Assembly (NCBI GenBank): GCA_951406725.2
Contig: OX597822.1
Coordinates: 1,984,001 to 2,048,000, forward strand
Reading direction: 5' to 3'
DNA length: 64,000 nucleotides
DNA from: Octopus vulgaris
Lineage: Eukaryota
This document shows, one piece after another, positions 43,435-57,807 of the stretch (its first letter is position 1; each line of letters begins with the position of its first letter). A model generated the notes under the pieces. That model searched no databases. It saw only the letters and a program-made list of their open reading frames with translations, and was not told the origin of the DNA. A program made the translations under genes and the position numbers.

Positions 43435-44319
43435 ATCCCAATGTACATACACAAACCAACCATCCAAAAAGCATTACTGAAAACCTAATAAAGAGCATAT
43501 CTCTAAAATTTTGTTCTGTATCTTCAAGTCAAGAACGAAGATAATAAATGAAATAGCAATATAACTTACAGCTCTAGTCATACGAACACTCAACATACAC
43601 ACACCACCAGCACTGATACCCTTACATTAGACCACAACCACAACCCAACCCATCCTACTGACACTGCCCGAAACACCACCACAATCACTTCCACTTACAA
43701 ATACTACAATTAATAACTACAATGGTAATAACAACAATGATGGTAATGATAAAGTTAATAATAGTAATAATCTAGAATGTTCTACCCCTTTATCAAACTC
43801 TCCTCTGACAATATTACCTCCTCCATTCCCCCAAATTCATATCATTGTAACTGCCGTCCTGGAACCATCTGCCCGTTACAAACCCATTGCAGAAGATATA
43901 ATGTAATTTACAAATGCACTGTCCTTAATCTATTGCACAATTCTACAGCCATATACATAGGATCAACCGAAAATTTTAATCAACGATATGCCGCTCATCT
44001 CCTTTCTTTTAGATACGATAAACATAGTAAATCTACAACACTCGCCAACCACATACATCATCTCAAAAATACAAATATACCCTATACTCTATCATGGTCC
44101 ATATTGGATTCAGGGCTTCCCTACCGACGTCAACGCTCAACCTGCAAGCCTTGCCTGAAGGAGGCACTTCACATATTAAAGCACAACTCTCCAACACTGC
44201 TAAATAAACATAATGAGGAACTAAGCACATGCTACCACCGCTTTTTTCACACATTCAAATTCTACCACAAATCCATATACCTAAATGACCATACAGTATA
44301 TTTCCACAATACCCCTTAG
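43435..44319 (+). mobile_element. PLE remnant, lineage 2: RT thumb fragment, Asn/Thr-rich linker, open GIY-YIG endonuclease ORF (43777-44319)
   Basis: NHPKSITENLIKSIS thumb motif; CNCR...CPL...C...VIY...YIGSTENFNQRYAAH..SF...STTLA...W.IL...CKPCLKE...LLNKHNE...CYH. Confidence 0.88.
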
Positions 44320-44899
44320 GCAATGCCAATAATTCTATCTGACACTCCTTTACTCTTTACCCTATCATCCTGTTAAACTCTCATATTTTTCTCTGTCTAT
44401 CACCTTCCAACAATCAATTTATCTTGACTGACCACTGACCAGAACACTAGCCAGAAGGATAAATATATTGTTGGGAATAAATGATTTTGTTGGAGGTATG
44501 TTACTCCATTCCAGCCCCTGGTGGCCTAGAAGAGGTTAGAAGGGTCAAGAGGCAAAGACATTATTCTGCCTAGCGAAGCAACTGGGAAATGTATAACTTC
44601 TGTCATTCACATAAAACTATTGTTTTACCGTGAGAAAAGCGCTGTTGAAGTGGCAAGTGAAATTTGGCAATCGAGGATCGAATCCATGCTATGCCTGTAT
44701 GAACCCACTACAAATACATTGTGGAATAACAAGTTTATGTACTGTTATGGAAAAGGGGTAACTGGGCATTCGAAAAGTGTGTATGTATAGAAACATATGA
44801 ATGAAGTATTTAATGTTTAAAATTCAAATTAAGGAAGAGCAATAATAAAGTTTAGTAGTTCAAAACTGTGAGTAGTGAAATGCAGAATTAGGTCCGCAG

Positions 44900-45460
44900 A
44901 TTGTGAGAATCAAATATTGACCGCTTCGCTAAAAACTGCAGGTGGTATTAGTTATTTCCCTTGGGTGGTTTAAATAAAATATTAGTAATATGTAGTAGAT
45001 AGAAGGATCCATTGGAGGGGACCTATTATCGATATTTTTCAACAGTGTATGTCACGAGTTTTCCACACATAAGTTCTACTCACTTGTCAAATAAAGTTTA
45101 AAAGTGATATTCTCTACAAAATTCAGAAATAGAATACAGAAAAATATCAATATTCAAAGTAATCGGACATAAAAAATGAAATGGGTTATTTCCCTTGAGT
45201 GTTTAAGAAGAATAGTGTGCAGATGGTATGGGTTGTTTCCCCTGGGTGTCAAAAAAAATTAGTTATATGAGGTAGATATAAAGGTACCTTCCAGGGGCTG
45301 TATTATCGATTTCTTCAACAGTCTAAGTATGTCACGAAGTTTGCAGACATGAGTTCTAGTCACATGTCAAGCTTCATCAAAAGAAATAAAACGAGGTAGG
45401 AGGAGTTAGTTAACAACGCCACAAACAATCACACACCGCTTTTCCACATATGTAGTAAAT
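44900..45460. mobile_element. Helentron-associated-like element with ~150 bp internal direct duplication
   Basis: ~44937-45090 vs ~45218-45370; tgtcaagcttcatcaaaag...acaaacaatcacac end. Confidence 0.5.
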
Positions 45461-46285
45461 ATGCCTTATATATGCATATATATAAACGCACTTACAATAT
45501 ATATATGCATATGCATACATGTGTCCTAATATGTCCCACTTCCCCCTCTCTCTCTCTCTTCCTGTCTCTCTCTCCCTCGCTCTCTCTGTCTCTCTCTCGC
45601 GCGCTCTCTCTTCAGTTGTTGATATCAATATATGGCTTCATGAGTAAAGTAATGGATTTTTCAATTTCGCTCAACTAAATCACGTTTCTAACTTGATAAC
45701 TTCACTTTGTCAACCCATTTCTTATTAATACCAACAAAACCATCACCAATAACAGCAGCAACACGCTTATTGACAACGTAATTTTGCTTATATATTTATC
45801 ATTATCTCTCTTTCATTTCCTCCCTTTCTCTTCTATATTTATTTTACTCTTTTCTTTTTTCTAGATCTTCTAACTTGCTGGGTATTCTTGTCATTGTGGT
45901 CTTTTCCTTCATTGTGTTTCGATTCTTCTCTCTTTCTCTCCCTGTCTCCCCACTCTTTCTCGCTCCTTCCTTTTCCCTCTCCCCCTCTCTGCCTATATTT
46001 CTTGGTGATACCTTATAAATTCAGCAAACGTAATGTAAAATATTACACTTGATATGTAAACATTTGTTTATGTGTGCATCTGTGTGTGCGCACTCGCGTG
46101 TATGTATGCATACACACACACACATATATATATATATGTATATACATATATTTATACATACATATATACATATATATACATATACATATATATATATATG
46201 TGTATATATATATATATACATAGATATAGACATATATATATATATATATATGTGTGTATATATATATATATACATATATACATAT

Positions 46286-46435
<150 letters not shown>

Positions 46436-46720
46436 TTAAAATAAGTTCTTGTGTTCCCTTATTCAATTTCAATTTTTTCTTTCCTTTTATTTTCTGCTAA
46501 AAGGAATTTTATCGAATATTCTTAATATTCAGAAATAGATGAATGGCAAATATATAAAAAAAACAACAACATAGGAATACCATCTTCCTCTGCCTTGTAA
46601 AGAAACACCTCTGCCCATCCATTTAACACTTCCCTGTCTTTTAATCTATGCTGCATCTTCTTCAAGAATCTGTAGAACTGAATCTAATACTGCAGTCATT
46701 TTATGCTATATTTTTTTTGC

Positions 46721-47102
46721 TTCTTTTCGTTGTTTGAGTCGTTTGACTGCGGCCATGCTGGAGCAACGCTTTTAGTCGAGTAAATCGTCCTCAGCACTTA
46801 TTTTTCTAAACGTACTACTTATTTTATCGGTTGCTTTTGCCGAACTGCTAAGTTACAGGCACGTAAACACACCAACTTTGGTTGTCAAGTGATGGTGGGG
46901 GAAGAAACACAGACACACACGCACACACACATATGTATATACAATGGGCTTCTTTCATTTAACGTCTACCAAATCCACTCACAAAACTTTAATCAGCCCG
47001 AGGCTATAGTAGAAGTCACTTTCCCAAGGCGACACGCAGTGGGTCTGAACCCGGGGCCTTCGTTGGTAGGCAAGCTACTTACCACACAGCCACTGCTGCG
47101 CC
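46721..47102 (-). mobile_element. SINE family A, near full length
   Basis: ttgactgcggccatgctggagca...gctacttaccacacagccactgctgcgcc. Confidence 0.85.
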
Positions 47103-48514
47103 TAATCTACTAACCTACAGGATGTGGCTATTCGTGATGTGAATCTTTCTGAGAAAAGTATTACGAAGTATCAGATATGGTTTTCTACTCTAGGAACAAA
47201 ACCAGAAATTTTTGAGGAGGCAACTGTTACTTAGTTTATCGACCTCGAAAGGATGAACAGCAAAGTCGACCTCGGTGGAAAGGAAGTAGCAGCTATTATC
47301 AGGATTTGAACTACAGACCGCTTGGTTAGTGATCCGATGTCCCATAATCTCGTTCATAAGCTCTTTAGTTGTCAAAACGATACACATTTACACATTACAT
47401 AGAGACCCTTCTCTTCCGTGGCATATATTTTTGCGGATGTTATTGCTTTGGTGGTATTTGTGTTTTCATCAGTCGCGGTATATGATATTTTGAATTAATG
47501 GATGTATGGTGGTCTCTTGATTCCTAGAAAGAAGTTTCTACAATTTCATGATGAACAAACAACCTGCACTGATGATTTATTTATAGTGGTTCAAATTTTG
47601 TGCTCGCTTCCTTCAGAAGATCCACATTATCTGTAGAGGTGCTCAGTATTCCACTCGTCAGGTTTGCAATTGATCGCAAAGCAACGTGAGATGAAATGTT
47701 TTGCTAAACAACACAACGCACCAGCCAGTCCGGTCTCAGAATTGAGAAATAAAGTCACGATATTAGGATCTTGAGAGTAACACCCTATCCATTAGGCCAT
47801 ACGTCTTCTCAAATTAATGTACGAACTCCTAAAGGAAAAATGTTAGTGTGAAGTTGTGATTTAACTGAAAACTCACCAAAAACTGATAAAGTAAAATGGT
47901 TAAAATATACTTTATTATAATTAAATCAGCTGTTACTTGCAAACGGGTGAATGGTTTGGTAAAGTGTAGCATTCTTTCACTAACGGATTTAGTTGTCTAT
48001 ATTGTCTACACACACACACACACACACACATGCTTTTCCGGCCACTTCACCCTTGACCCAAGAGAATACACTAGATACGACAACTGGAGGAGAGAGAAAG
48101 CAAGCAGAGAGGGAAAGAGAAGGAGAGGAAGAGATAGGGAGAGTGAGAAAGAAAAGGAGAGGGAGCGAGAGAGAAAGAGGGAGAGAGAGCAACACTAGTG
48201 ACTGGTAGTCACTTTAAGTATATTGGGGCAACAGAAAATAAAAGGTTTAACGTGCTGCTCGATCATAGAATTGAAACTAGGTACGTGAGATCGTAAGCTG
48301 GACACTTACCCACGGGGATCCGAGCTTTTACTAAATTAAATTTTACTAATTTAAAAACTAACCCAAGATTTAAAAAATATACATCCATAGAACTTCTTAG
48401 ATGTGTACATTTTCTATCATGGTTTGTATATGTAAAGTATTTAATTAATTTAATTTGGAGAGTATTCTAGGAAAATACATCAATATCTTTATCACATTTT
48501 AATTTTTGTCAATA

Positions 48515-48725
48515 CTGGTTTCAAATTTGGTCACAAGAGTAGCAAGTACAGAGGAGGGGTTATGGCGGTTACATCGACCTCAGTGCTCAACTAGTACTTA
48601 TTTTATCGATTTCAAAAGGATGAAAGGCAATGTCGACAGCATTTGAACTAAGAATGTAAAGACAAGCGGAATGTCTCTAAGCAAATTTACCCGACGCACT
48701 AACGATCCTGCCAGCTCGCCGCCTT
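48515..48725 (-). mobile_element. SINE family B variant
   Basis: aaaggatgaaaggcaatgtcgac...ctgccagctcgccgcctt. Confidence 0.75.
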
Positions 48726-49072
48726 TAATAAATTCCTCAGTATTGCAATTTTATCTGAGCGAGGTACAAAAACTGGGTTTTATCATTACTCCATAGAAAG
48801 GTACGGCTTCATTCATATTAAGATGAATGGATAAATTAATAAAGGTTCATCAAGACAGTCCTTAATCATCATTTTTTTTTCTAAATAAAAACACCGTGGC
48901 CGATCATCAGTGAGAGATAAGTCTACGACTTTTAGGATTTCTCACACGACTAATTCAGAATTCGGTTGCAGCTCTATATGCTGACCAAGGGTTTCTCAGA
49001 CAAAGGCAAAGAAATACTGTAAGCTCTCCTTAAATTATATTTGGCTTTTGATATGTTGCGGGGGTACTGAGG

Positions 49073-49295
49073 TTGCTAGCTGGTGTAATCGTTACCACGC
49101 CAGGCAAAATGCTTAGCAACATTTCGTCCGTTTTTAATTCTGAGTTCAAATGCCGCCGGAGTCGACTTTGCATTTCATCCTTTCGAGGTCGAAAAAAGTA
49201 AGTAGCAGTTCAATAGTGCTACGGGTGTTGGGGTTCGATATAATCGACTTATCCCTTTTTCCAAGATTGCAGGCCTTGTGCCAAAAATTGAAATC
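49073..49295 (+). mobile_element. SINE family B variant
   Basis: gagttcaaatgccgccggagtcgactttgcatttcatcctttcgaggtcg. Confidence 0.75.
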
Positions 49296-50948
49296 AATAC
49301 GTTGCGATATACTGCACCGTTGAGAAAGAACTCTTTGACTTCCTTTGCCTCGCGCCTCACCGATGCATCATATGAAGCTGTGGAAAGTACCCGTCTGTCC
49401 CAGTACCTCAGCCACGCAATCACCCACCGTAAGGCCATAAGTGATTTGGTATGTCACAAAACTTTTTAGAGTGCAACAAGTGTTTCCCATAGTGCAATGC
49501 ATAACTGAGTGGTTGGTTGTGTATACCTCTGTACCTTGTGTATACTTACTATATCTTTTTCTTCTCTCAATTTATCATCTTCTTCTTTCGTAAATTAATT
49601 ATTGTTTGTCACTGAATTAATGCAAATAAAACGATCTGTAAATTTCTCATTGCATCTAGTTATGGAGTCTTCATGGTCAATACCACTGCATTGTCTTGTA
49701 GATAAGACATGCAATGGTTATTTCCGATATGCTGGTTGTAATCTTATCTCAATTTAATCAGTTTAAGGATTATATCAACATGAAACAATGCGTGTTAACT
49801 ATTAGATGTTTATTAGTAAGAAGCTGAATTATATCGATAAACACCAGATGTAAGTAAGAGAGATAAATCGAAAAGAAAAGAAAAACGAAAAATCGGTAAT
49901 GAATGAGCAGAAACCATGCAAAACATACCTGGGAAGAGAGTGAAAGGACAGATGTGTGAGAGAGGGGGACGAAGAAATAGAGAAAGAGAAGAGTTGATGT
50001 TTTTTTTTTTCTTTTTGAAAAATTAGGTTTTTATTTCCTTTATTTTCCTTTCTTGCTGCTTTGAAATATTTAATATATTTGTTTTGTTTCTTTTAACAGC
50101 GGACATTGAAGATGTTCCTTGATTATTGCAGCAGAGATATTTACAACAGCAGAGATATGTACGACTGAGAATACCAGGTGTAGAGAAAAGTAAACAAATA
50201 GTATTTTTAAAATAACAACCCAAAGAGTTAGCGGGGAAGAGACAGAGAGAAAAAGAGAAAAAGTGGGAAAGAGAGAGAGAGAGAGCAGCTGAAAAATGCG
50301 GCAGTGGCTAATGATATGAATTAGGTGAGAAGTATAATTAACCATTTAGTTCTTTATAACATTGTAAACAGAATAACTAATTTACTGCTTCGCTTACTTA
50401 AAGTGAATTCCATCACTCCTTAATATAATTTGGAAGACAAAAATTTCTTTTTTATTTTACGTGTAATATTTTTTCTACAAATTCAAGTTGAAATTAGCTA
50501 ATGTTCGTTTTTATTGATGTCGTTGGCAATTTTTTCTTCATATTTTTTTGTTATTGAAGTGCGGTTGTTGACATGTGACTGCAGCTATTTATCTCGTAAA
50601 CTTAACAGGATGTAGAGCAAAAGAAAATAACAATAATGCAATTGTAACTATTGATCAGAAGATCTTGGCACATTCAAACACAAAACTGACATTTCCATAT
50701 CTTGCATCATATACAGAAACAAAATACAATACGATTAAAAAACAAACAAAATAGATTGTAAGTCTTTGTAAAATAAGTACTAACATAGTAATGTAAAAAT
50801 GTATTCCTACCGTTTAGATCAGGTGAACAGTTTTCGATCCATGGAAGTTATCATTTGCTAGCATTAGTATCGCTATATTAATTGCACAAATTATGATCAT
50901 TATCATGACTCGTCCTTCGCTCTCTCTCCACAGAAATGTGTATACACC

Positions 50949-51095
50949 CGCCGAGGTCGACTTTGCCTTTCATCCTTTCGGGGTCGATAAATTAAGTACC
51001 AGTTACGCACTGGGGTTGATGTAATCGATTTAATCCCTTTGTCAGTCCTTGTTTGTCCCCTCTACGTTTAGCCCCTCGTAGGCAATAAAGAAATA
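50949..51095 (+). mobile_element. SINE family B, 5'-truncated
   Basis: ccgccgaggtcgactttgcctttcatcctttcggggtcgataaattaagtacc...taaagaaat. Confidence 0.8.
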
Positions 51096-51384
51096 AGAAA
51101 TATGTATACACACACAAACTTGTAAGTACAATGCAATGTTGTGTGTGTGTGTGTGTGCGTGCGCGCGGATGTTGAAAGTGACGCACGAGTCAATATGTAT
51201 CAGGAAAATAAAACAAGGTAGAAAATCGTACAATAATTTTGTCTTGAAATACATTTTCTAACGGTTGGTACCGGTTTCTGCCTTTTCGACGTTTCAGCTA
51301 AGAGTAAAACAAAGGCTAGTTAAGAAAAACAATTAAGTTGCAGAAAAGATTAAATGAAATGTTTTGTAAATATTTCCATATAAG

Positions 51385-51544
51385 CGTAGGCATGGCTGTG
51401 TAGTATGAAGATTGCTTCCCAACCACATGGTTCCGGTGTCTGTCCCATTGCATGGCACCTTAGGTAAGTGTCTTCTGCTCTAGCCTCGGGCCGACTAATG
51501 CCTTAGGTGTAGATTTGCTTTACAGAAACTGAAAGAAGCCCGTC

Positions 51545-51614
<70 letters not shown>

Positions 51615-51812
51615 ATATAAGTTCGTGTGTCTGTGTTTGTCCCCCACCATCGCTTGACAACCGATGTTGGTGTGTTTACTTCCCCGTAACTTAGTGGTTG
51701 GGTAAAAGCGATCGATAGAATGAGTACTAGGCTTACAAAGAATAAGTCATGAAGTCGACTAAAGGCGTGACTCCAGCATGGCCCCAGTCAAACAATTGAA
51801 ACACATAAAAGA
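51385..51812 (+). mobile_element. SINE family A, full length
   Basis: Head, internal (TA)n, 3' part to aaaaga. Confidence 0.85.
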
Positions 51813-52261
51813 ATAGTCTTCAAAAAGGTGGGACGTTTCCTTTTTTTGCCTGTGTGCGTGCATCTCTCTCTTTTTTCTTTCGTGAAGGTTCGTAATGAAG
51901 GTAGGTAGTAGCAGATCTGAAAAATTGTGTTTATGGATGTAAAGATATATTTGGCTCTGAAGTTTGATGTTTTAAGCAGCGGCAGCTGAAGAAGGAGAAG
52001 GCGAATGGCGGGCGGAGAAGAAGAAGAAGAAGAAGAAGAAGAAGAAGAAGAAGAAGAAGAAGAAGAAGAAGAAGAAGAAGAAGAAGAAGAAGAAGAAGAA
52101 GAACGGAGTGGTATTAACCAGTAGTACAGGCTGTTTGTGGAATCTGCTTTAATGGTCAAGTGCCCTCACGGTTGTAGTAGCAGTAACTGTTCTAAATATA
52201 TCCATTGTTTTAATATTTCTGTGGGTATTATTCCGATTCTTTAGTAGAGTCATCTGTAGTG

Positions 52262-53635
52262 GAAGCATTCAAAAGATGTTTATATTTGCGATAAAATATA
52301 ATTCTTTGCTAATGCGCTGATTATAGGTTGCATTGGCTCTAAATTTATGCAGGGGAAAAATTCTAAAGTTGGGTTGTTCGTTAGTGACGCAAATGTCGAT
52401 GTGTTCACTTAATGCTATTTTTCTATATTCCTGTATTTTAATCCGGGATCTATGTACGATCATCTTCTGGCGTAGACTGTTTTTAGGTTGACCAATATAT
52501 TGCTCTCGACACCCTGAGCAAGTAAACACTGATACCAGGATTTCCGACCTTTTTTGAAGGAGAACTCTGATCCCTCAATTAGGTTGACTCATATACAACA
52601 GTTAGGTCTTCCACATTTTTTTACTGTCAGTATCGATGTTGTCGACCATTGTACTTGAGCTTGTGTTAGAATACTTTCCATTGACTTGTGCTGTCTTTTG
52701 CTTTTTATGACGGTGCGCGTTTGGGGGATTTCATTGATTCAATGGCCCCTTTTTAGTGAAGGGATATTCTGGAGGATAGTGTCGAAGGCCTCATTGTTTA
52801 GGGGTTGTGGGCGGATATGTATGGTAGGGCTTTTAGTCATAATTCATTCTTTGGTTTAGGATGTCTGAGTTCGTGGACGTTAAGCGGTAGGGCACGTTGA
52901 AAACTTATATTAATTAGAGATGGTGAGTAATTCCTGATGATGAGTGTATCCTTTAGCTCATGTAGGCGTGTATCCCTCGTACTTGTATCCGACACTATAG
53001 CGCAAATCCTTTTGGTCAGATTGAAAGGGATGTTCATTCTAATGTGTCTTGAGTGGCATGAGTTGAACGGAAGATATTTCTTGGAATCCGTGAGCTTATA
53101 GTATATGTCTGTCTTTATTTGGATTTGTTAAGGAGCATGTCGAGGAAAGGAAATTTTTTATGGCTATATTCCATCGTAAATTGAATGTTTGTGTCAAGTC
53201 CATTTCGAAGTGCTTGAAATATGTTAAGTCTCTATACTTTCATGCCAAAGAATGAAGCAGCCATCTTGATATCTCTTCTAGTTATTTCCTATGTAAAGTG
53301 AGAATAGATTTTCGTATTTTTCTAGTACTTTACGATAGAGTGATTTCTAGGTGGGACCATTCTCTTATCCATCGCAGTCCCTGATTTTTCTCAATAGAAG
53401 TTCTCATCGAATACGAAGAAGCCATTCTTCAAGATGATCTTTAGCCCTTCTATTACGACTTCATTTTTGATGCGGTGTGGGAGTTCATTCTCTAGCCAGA
53501 ATTGGATTGCCTTTATTCCTAGGATATGAGGGATATTATAGTACAGGCTGATTACATCGAAGGTTACTAGTGGGTTTTTTTACTAATTGTTTCAGGAAGG
53601 TGTTTGAGCATACCTAGGTCGTCCCGTGTGTAATC
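52262..53635 (-). mobile_element. PLE remnant, lineage 3 (Neptune/Naiad-like): RT core, thumb, Cys linker, GIY-YIG
   Basis: YTRDDLGMLKHLP, LVTFDVISLYYNIPH, GTAMD, RYQDGCF, TDIYYKLTDSKKYLPFNSCH, NIPFNLTKRICAIVS, CSGCREQYIGQ; stops and frameshifts. Confidence 0.92.
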
Positions 53636-53924
53636 TAATATAAAAAGCCAGGGCAGTGTGACACCATAAAGGAAAAAATTCAATCATCACTAAGTGAAGC
53701 TAAGCATGCCGATAGAAATAAGAGTTAAAATATTCTCAACGCTGTAGGAGGAGGATAAAATGTATACCTACATGCTAACAGGAAAGGCAACCGCCACAAA
53801 ACTAGATCTAATTTCGCCTATACTGTAGACATCGTTGCATGGTCGGCTAATTCGCTCTGTCAGCATATATGTTTATACCATTAAAATTTATGGATGATTT
53901 AGCGAAAAGCTAATGCGTATACTA

Positions 53925-53968
<44 letters not shown>

Positions 53969-54479
53969 TACTGTGATGGTTTTGTTAAGCAGCGTCAATT
54001 TTTACAATTCTGTAACTAATAAAAATAGTATTTTATAAGCTTAAAGCTTATGAGCGATCACCGCGCAATGACTAAAGAAATTATTCTAATAATGGGACAT
54101 GTAAGCCCTCGACAAAAAGAAAAAGGTAGGTTTTCCCGTACGTGTAGAACACGAACCTACACCTCTTTGTTTACCCGACCAAATGTCACCCAGGAAAAGC
54201 ACTAAATACGGACGTTTCGCTTCATCTAACATTTATCATTTTAGATCATAGCATAAAGTGAAAATAGTTTATTAACTTTAAAGAGTTTTAAACTATATTG
54301 ATTGTTTCTTTGTTTCGAAGCCTGAAGAATTTTATGCTCGAGGGATCAACAATTTGCCAAATAGATGGAAATATTTTATCAATAAGGAGGGGGAAATATT
54401 AACTTGATTAAATATAGCAATTAAGGTCAAAGAACATTTGCAACTCTCTTATTTTCAAATACAAGACCTAATTTACAAC

Positions 54480-54595
<116 letters not shown>

Positions 54596-55712
54596 AATGA
54601 TATTTAAATGTAAATACATCGTCGTCGTGGTCATGGTCGCCATCGTCATCGTCGACGTTTATTTCTCGTATCCAAGAATTTTCTTTTGATTGAATAGTTC
54701 CAATATGTTTGCTAGCGTAGACGTCCATCTTCTGATTGCTAGATTTTTCTGTCAATTTTCCTTTCGCTGTTTTTGACTTTAGTTATTACTGTGATAACTT
54801 GACACCAGTTGAGACAGTCCTGGTCTTGTATTTCCAATATTTTATCTCAACCCCAGCCATTTTGAGCGCTGATTCTAATTGACCTTTGGGTCTTCTTCGT
54901 ACTAGAAAGAACATCCGCGTGGTCTTTACTCGCTGGTTAATTCACTGAAAATTTTTTCACGAAGAAATTTCTTTCTTCACTGAGATCACACAATTTGATG
55001 GTGGAATGTCTGCTTCAGCTTTTAGCCTTTCCTGGAATAGCATTTTTGTTATCTAGTCCTCCCATTTGATGTTTAAATTATCGAGGATATGTATACTCTT
55101 GATTCTTACTGACGCGAAGAGAAAGTGCCCAAGTTTTACAAAAGAATAATAATTTTGAGATAATGAAAGCTTAATAGACAATCTGCTTTTGATGAGGGAC
55201 GACAAATTTGTTCTTAAGGACTACTTTCGCCAGTTTCCAAATTCTGTCTAGAATAGTCGAATTCTGTGTTTCACATTCTTTTCGGAAGTTCACTTGTTGG
55301 AAAGAATATATCCAAGAGAGAGGAGTGGTCTACTTGTTTTAGAATATGTCAGGAATATTGAAATCGGTGAAGTTGGTCTTTTGAACAACCTGTTATAGAA
55401 CTTTGATCTTCTTCATATTTCCTATAAGGCCGTAGCAGAATAATGTCTGAAGTTCTGCGTTGTGTGTTTACAAGTCAATAAGATTGAAATCTGGTAAACA
55501 ATATAAAATAAATAATACACAAGTTTAGGCACTCCCCGTTAGTTCAAGAAAAGTATAATGAAGTACCCATATACCAATGATTCTCTTTACGAAAAAAATT
55601 AATGAAAAACTTAATAAGAAAATTTAACTCGCATGGCGAGCTGAAAATTTTACAATATATTACGTGTAGATTATGACAATGCACGCATACACGTGATTAG
55701 GAAAGCGTGTAT

Positions 55713-55929
55713 AAAAGCCCGTCGTTTGTGTGTCTGTGTTTGTCCCCGCATACCATTGCCTGACAACCGATGTTGGTGTGTTTACGTCCCCGTAACTTAG
55801 CGGCTCTGCAAAAGCGACCGATAGAATAAGTACTAAGCTTACACAGAATAAGTCTTAGGGTCGATTTGTTCGACTCAAGGCGGTGCTCCAGCGTGGGCAG
55901 AGTCAAATGGCTGAAACAGGTAAAAGAAT
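55713..55929 (+). mobile_element. SINE family A, 3' half
   Basis: aagcccgtcg...caaccgatgttggtgtgtttacgtccccgtaacttag...gaaacaggtaaaaga. Confidence 0.8.
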
Positions 55930-55984
55930 ATATAGCCATACATATTTGTGTGTGTGTATATATATATGTGTGTGTGTGTGTGTT

Positions 55985-56240
55985 TGGAGGCACATTGGCC
56001 CAGTGGCTAGGGAAGCGGACTCGTAGTCGTAGGATCGCGGTTTCGATTCCCAGACCGAGAGTCCGGCAGGGCAGGGGGCGATCCCTGCTGTACTCTTTCG
56101 CCACAACTTTCTCTCACTCTTTCTTATGTCGGCCTGCTCACTTAGCCAGCGGGGTGGCGTCATTTGAAGGCTAAAACAATTCGAAGCGCATTGTGACCAG
56201 CGATGTGTAGCAACATCTGATAGCCTGGTCGGTCTCGGTG
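55985..56240 (+). mobile_element. SINE with family C head and a different 3' module
   Basis: Head as 11817; 3' cctgctcacttagccagcggggtggcg...ggtcggtctcggtg. Confidence 0.75.
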
Positions 56241-56800
56241 ATATGTATGTATGTATGTATGTGTGTATGTATGTATGTAAGTATATGCATATATTTATAT
56301 ATCTTCTATCGATAGATAGCAAATAAAACATTATTTCATGTCTTTATGTGAAGTTTTACCCCTATTTATTTGTATTTCAAATGCTCATGTAACGAACAAT
56401 TTAACGTACACATCTCTGAAATGGATTATGTTCGAACATAGAGACCACACTGGACTCGTACACCGCTGCTAACGGAACGGGATATGGTCGGGAGTCAAGG
56501 TTCTTGATGTGTGACATATGGTATGTGATATCATTTTTCAATTTTTCACACCATTTATATTCATTCATAGACTGTCGTATCGGCAACCGACTGTGTCCAA
56601 ACAGTGTTTTTTTTAAAAAACTTTCTATTGATTGTATTGTTTTATAATTTTTAATTTTGAAGAAAGCAAAATGATAATGTTGATAAATTTAGTGTAGAAT
56701 GAAATGCGAGTGAATTATAATTAATTATTTTCCTGTTATAGCTCGGAGCACTTGATAAGATGTTGGAAAGTTTCAGATAATTTCCGTTTTAGAATTTTTC

Positions 56801-56859
<59 letters not shown>

Positions 56860-57574
56860 GGGAGAAATGCTGAATAAGAAATTTTTAAACAAGCACGCAC
56901 ATGCACACGTGCGGGCGCGCGTACGCACACACATACATATATCTGTCTTTCTTTCTTTCTCTCACTCATTCTGTCGCCCGCCACCTCCATCATTTTACTC
57001 TCTCATATATGTGTCTATAAAGGGTGTGTATGGGAGAGGGATAGAGAGAGAGAGAGAGGGGGGGGAAGCGAGAGAGAAAGAGAGACAGAGAGAGAGGATT
57101 GCAAACCCACAAAAACTAGACATCCGATACATCCAGTCACAAGCCATGCAACAAACAAGACTAAGGTTCAATCTATACTGAAATACTAATTACTAGTCAA
57201 GTACAATCACTCCATTACATGCGATATTGTGACACAGGGGGTTCTAATGAGGCACACTAAAAGTATTTAGATTAAAGCATGGAGCATTTCTTTGTAATAT
57301 CTGGGCTGGTCAAAGGTCGGCGAGCAGGCAGAATCGCAAGCACGCCGGGCAAAATGACTTAGCGGCATTACGATCTCCCTCGACTTTGCCTTCCATCATT
57401 TCGAGGACGATAAATTTAATATCTGTGAAGCAGTTGAGTCAACGTAATGGATTTACTCCGTCCCTCGAAATCGCAGCTTTTGAGTCAAAATTTTTAAACC
57501 AAAATCCGTTTTGGACAATTTATCTCTTCTTGTGAGAGTGATTTATATTTGTTTTGAAGTAGAAAAATATTTAT

Positions 57575-57686
57575 AAAACACACTCACCGGTAAAATTTCC
57601 ACTCGTTTCCTTCTTTATTTTTCTAAAATTTTCGTTGCCTCTTGCAACCTTTTCAATAGTTTTGACTCAAAACTATTGAAAAGGTC
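57575..57686 (-). mobile_element. Hammerhead-bearing element H2 with small terminal hairpin
   Basis: Homologous to 16660-16745; minus cta-TTGAAAA-g-gttgc-aagag-gcaac-GAA-AA-TT-T-tag at 57623-57659; hairpin accttttcaatagttt...aaactattgaaaaggt. Confidence 0.7.
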
Positions 57687-57807
57687 TCGTCGCTTACATC
57701 AGGGAATGCGATAAATGCAGTTTGTGCCACAAGACAGTTGTGATACAAGTAACAACGTTGTATGCTTATGTGTGTTTATGGGTACGCGTGCATGGGTGTG
57801 TATATAT

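Noticed and set aside
50085-50182. Possible small exon (tttcttttaacag…ccag|gtgtag)
   Set aside because: Good acceptor but weak donor, no partner exons or recognisable peptide.
54640-55500. Coding-like minus-strand stretch
   Set aside because: Frequent stops and no motif I can assign; probably decayed transposon.
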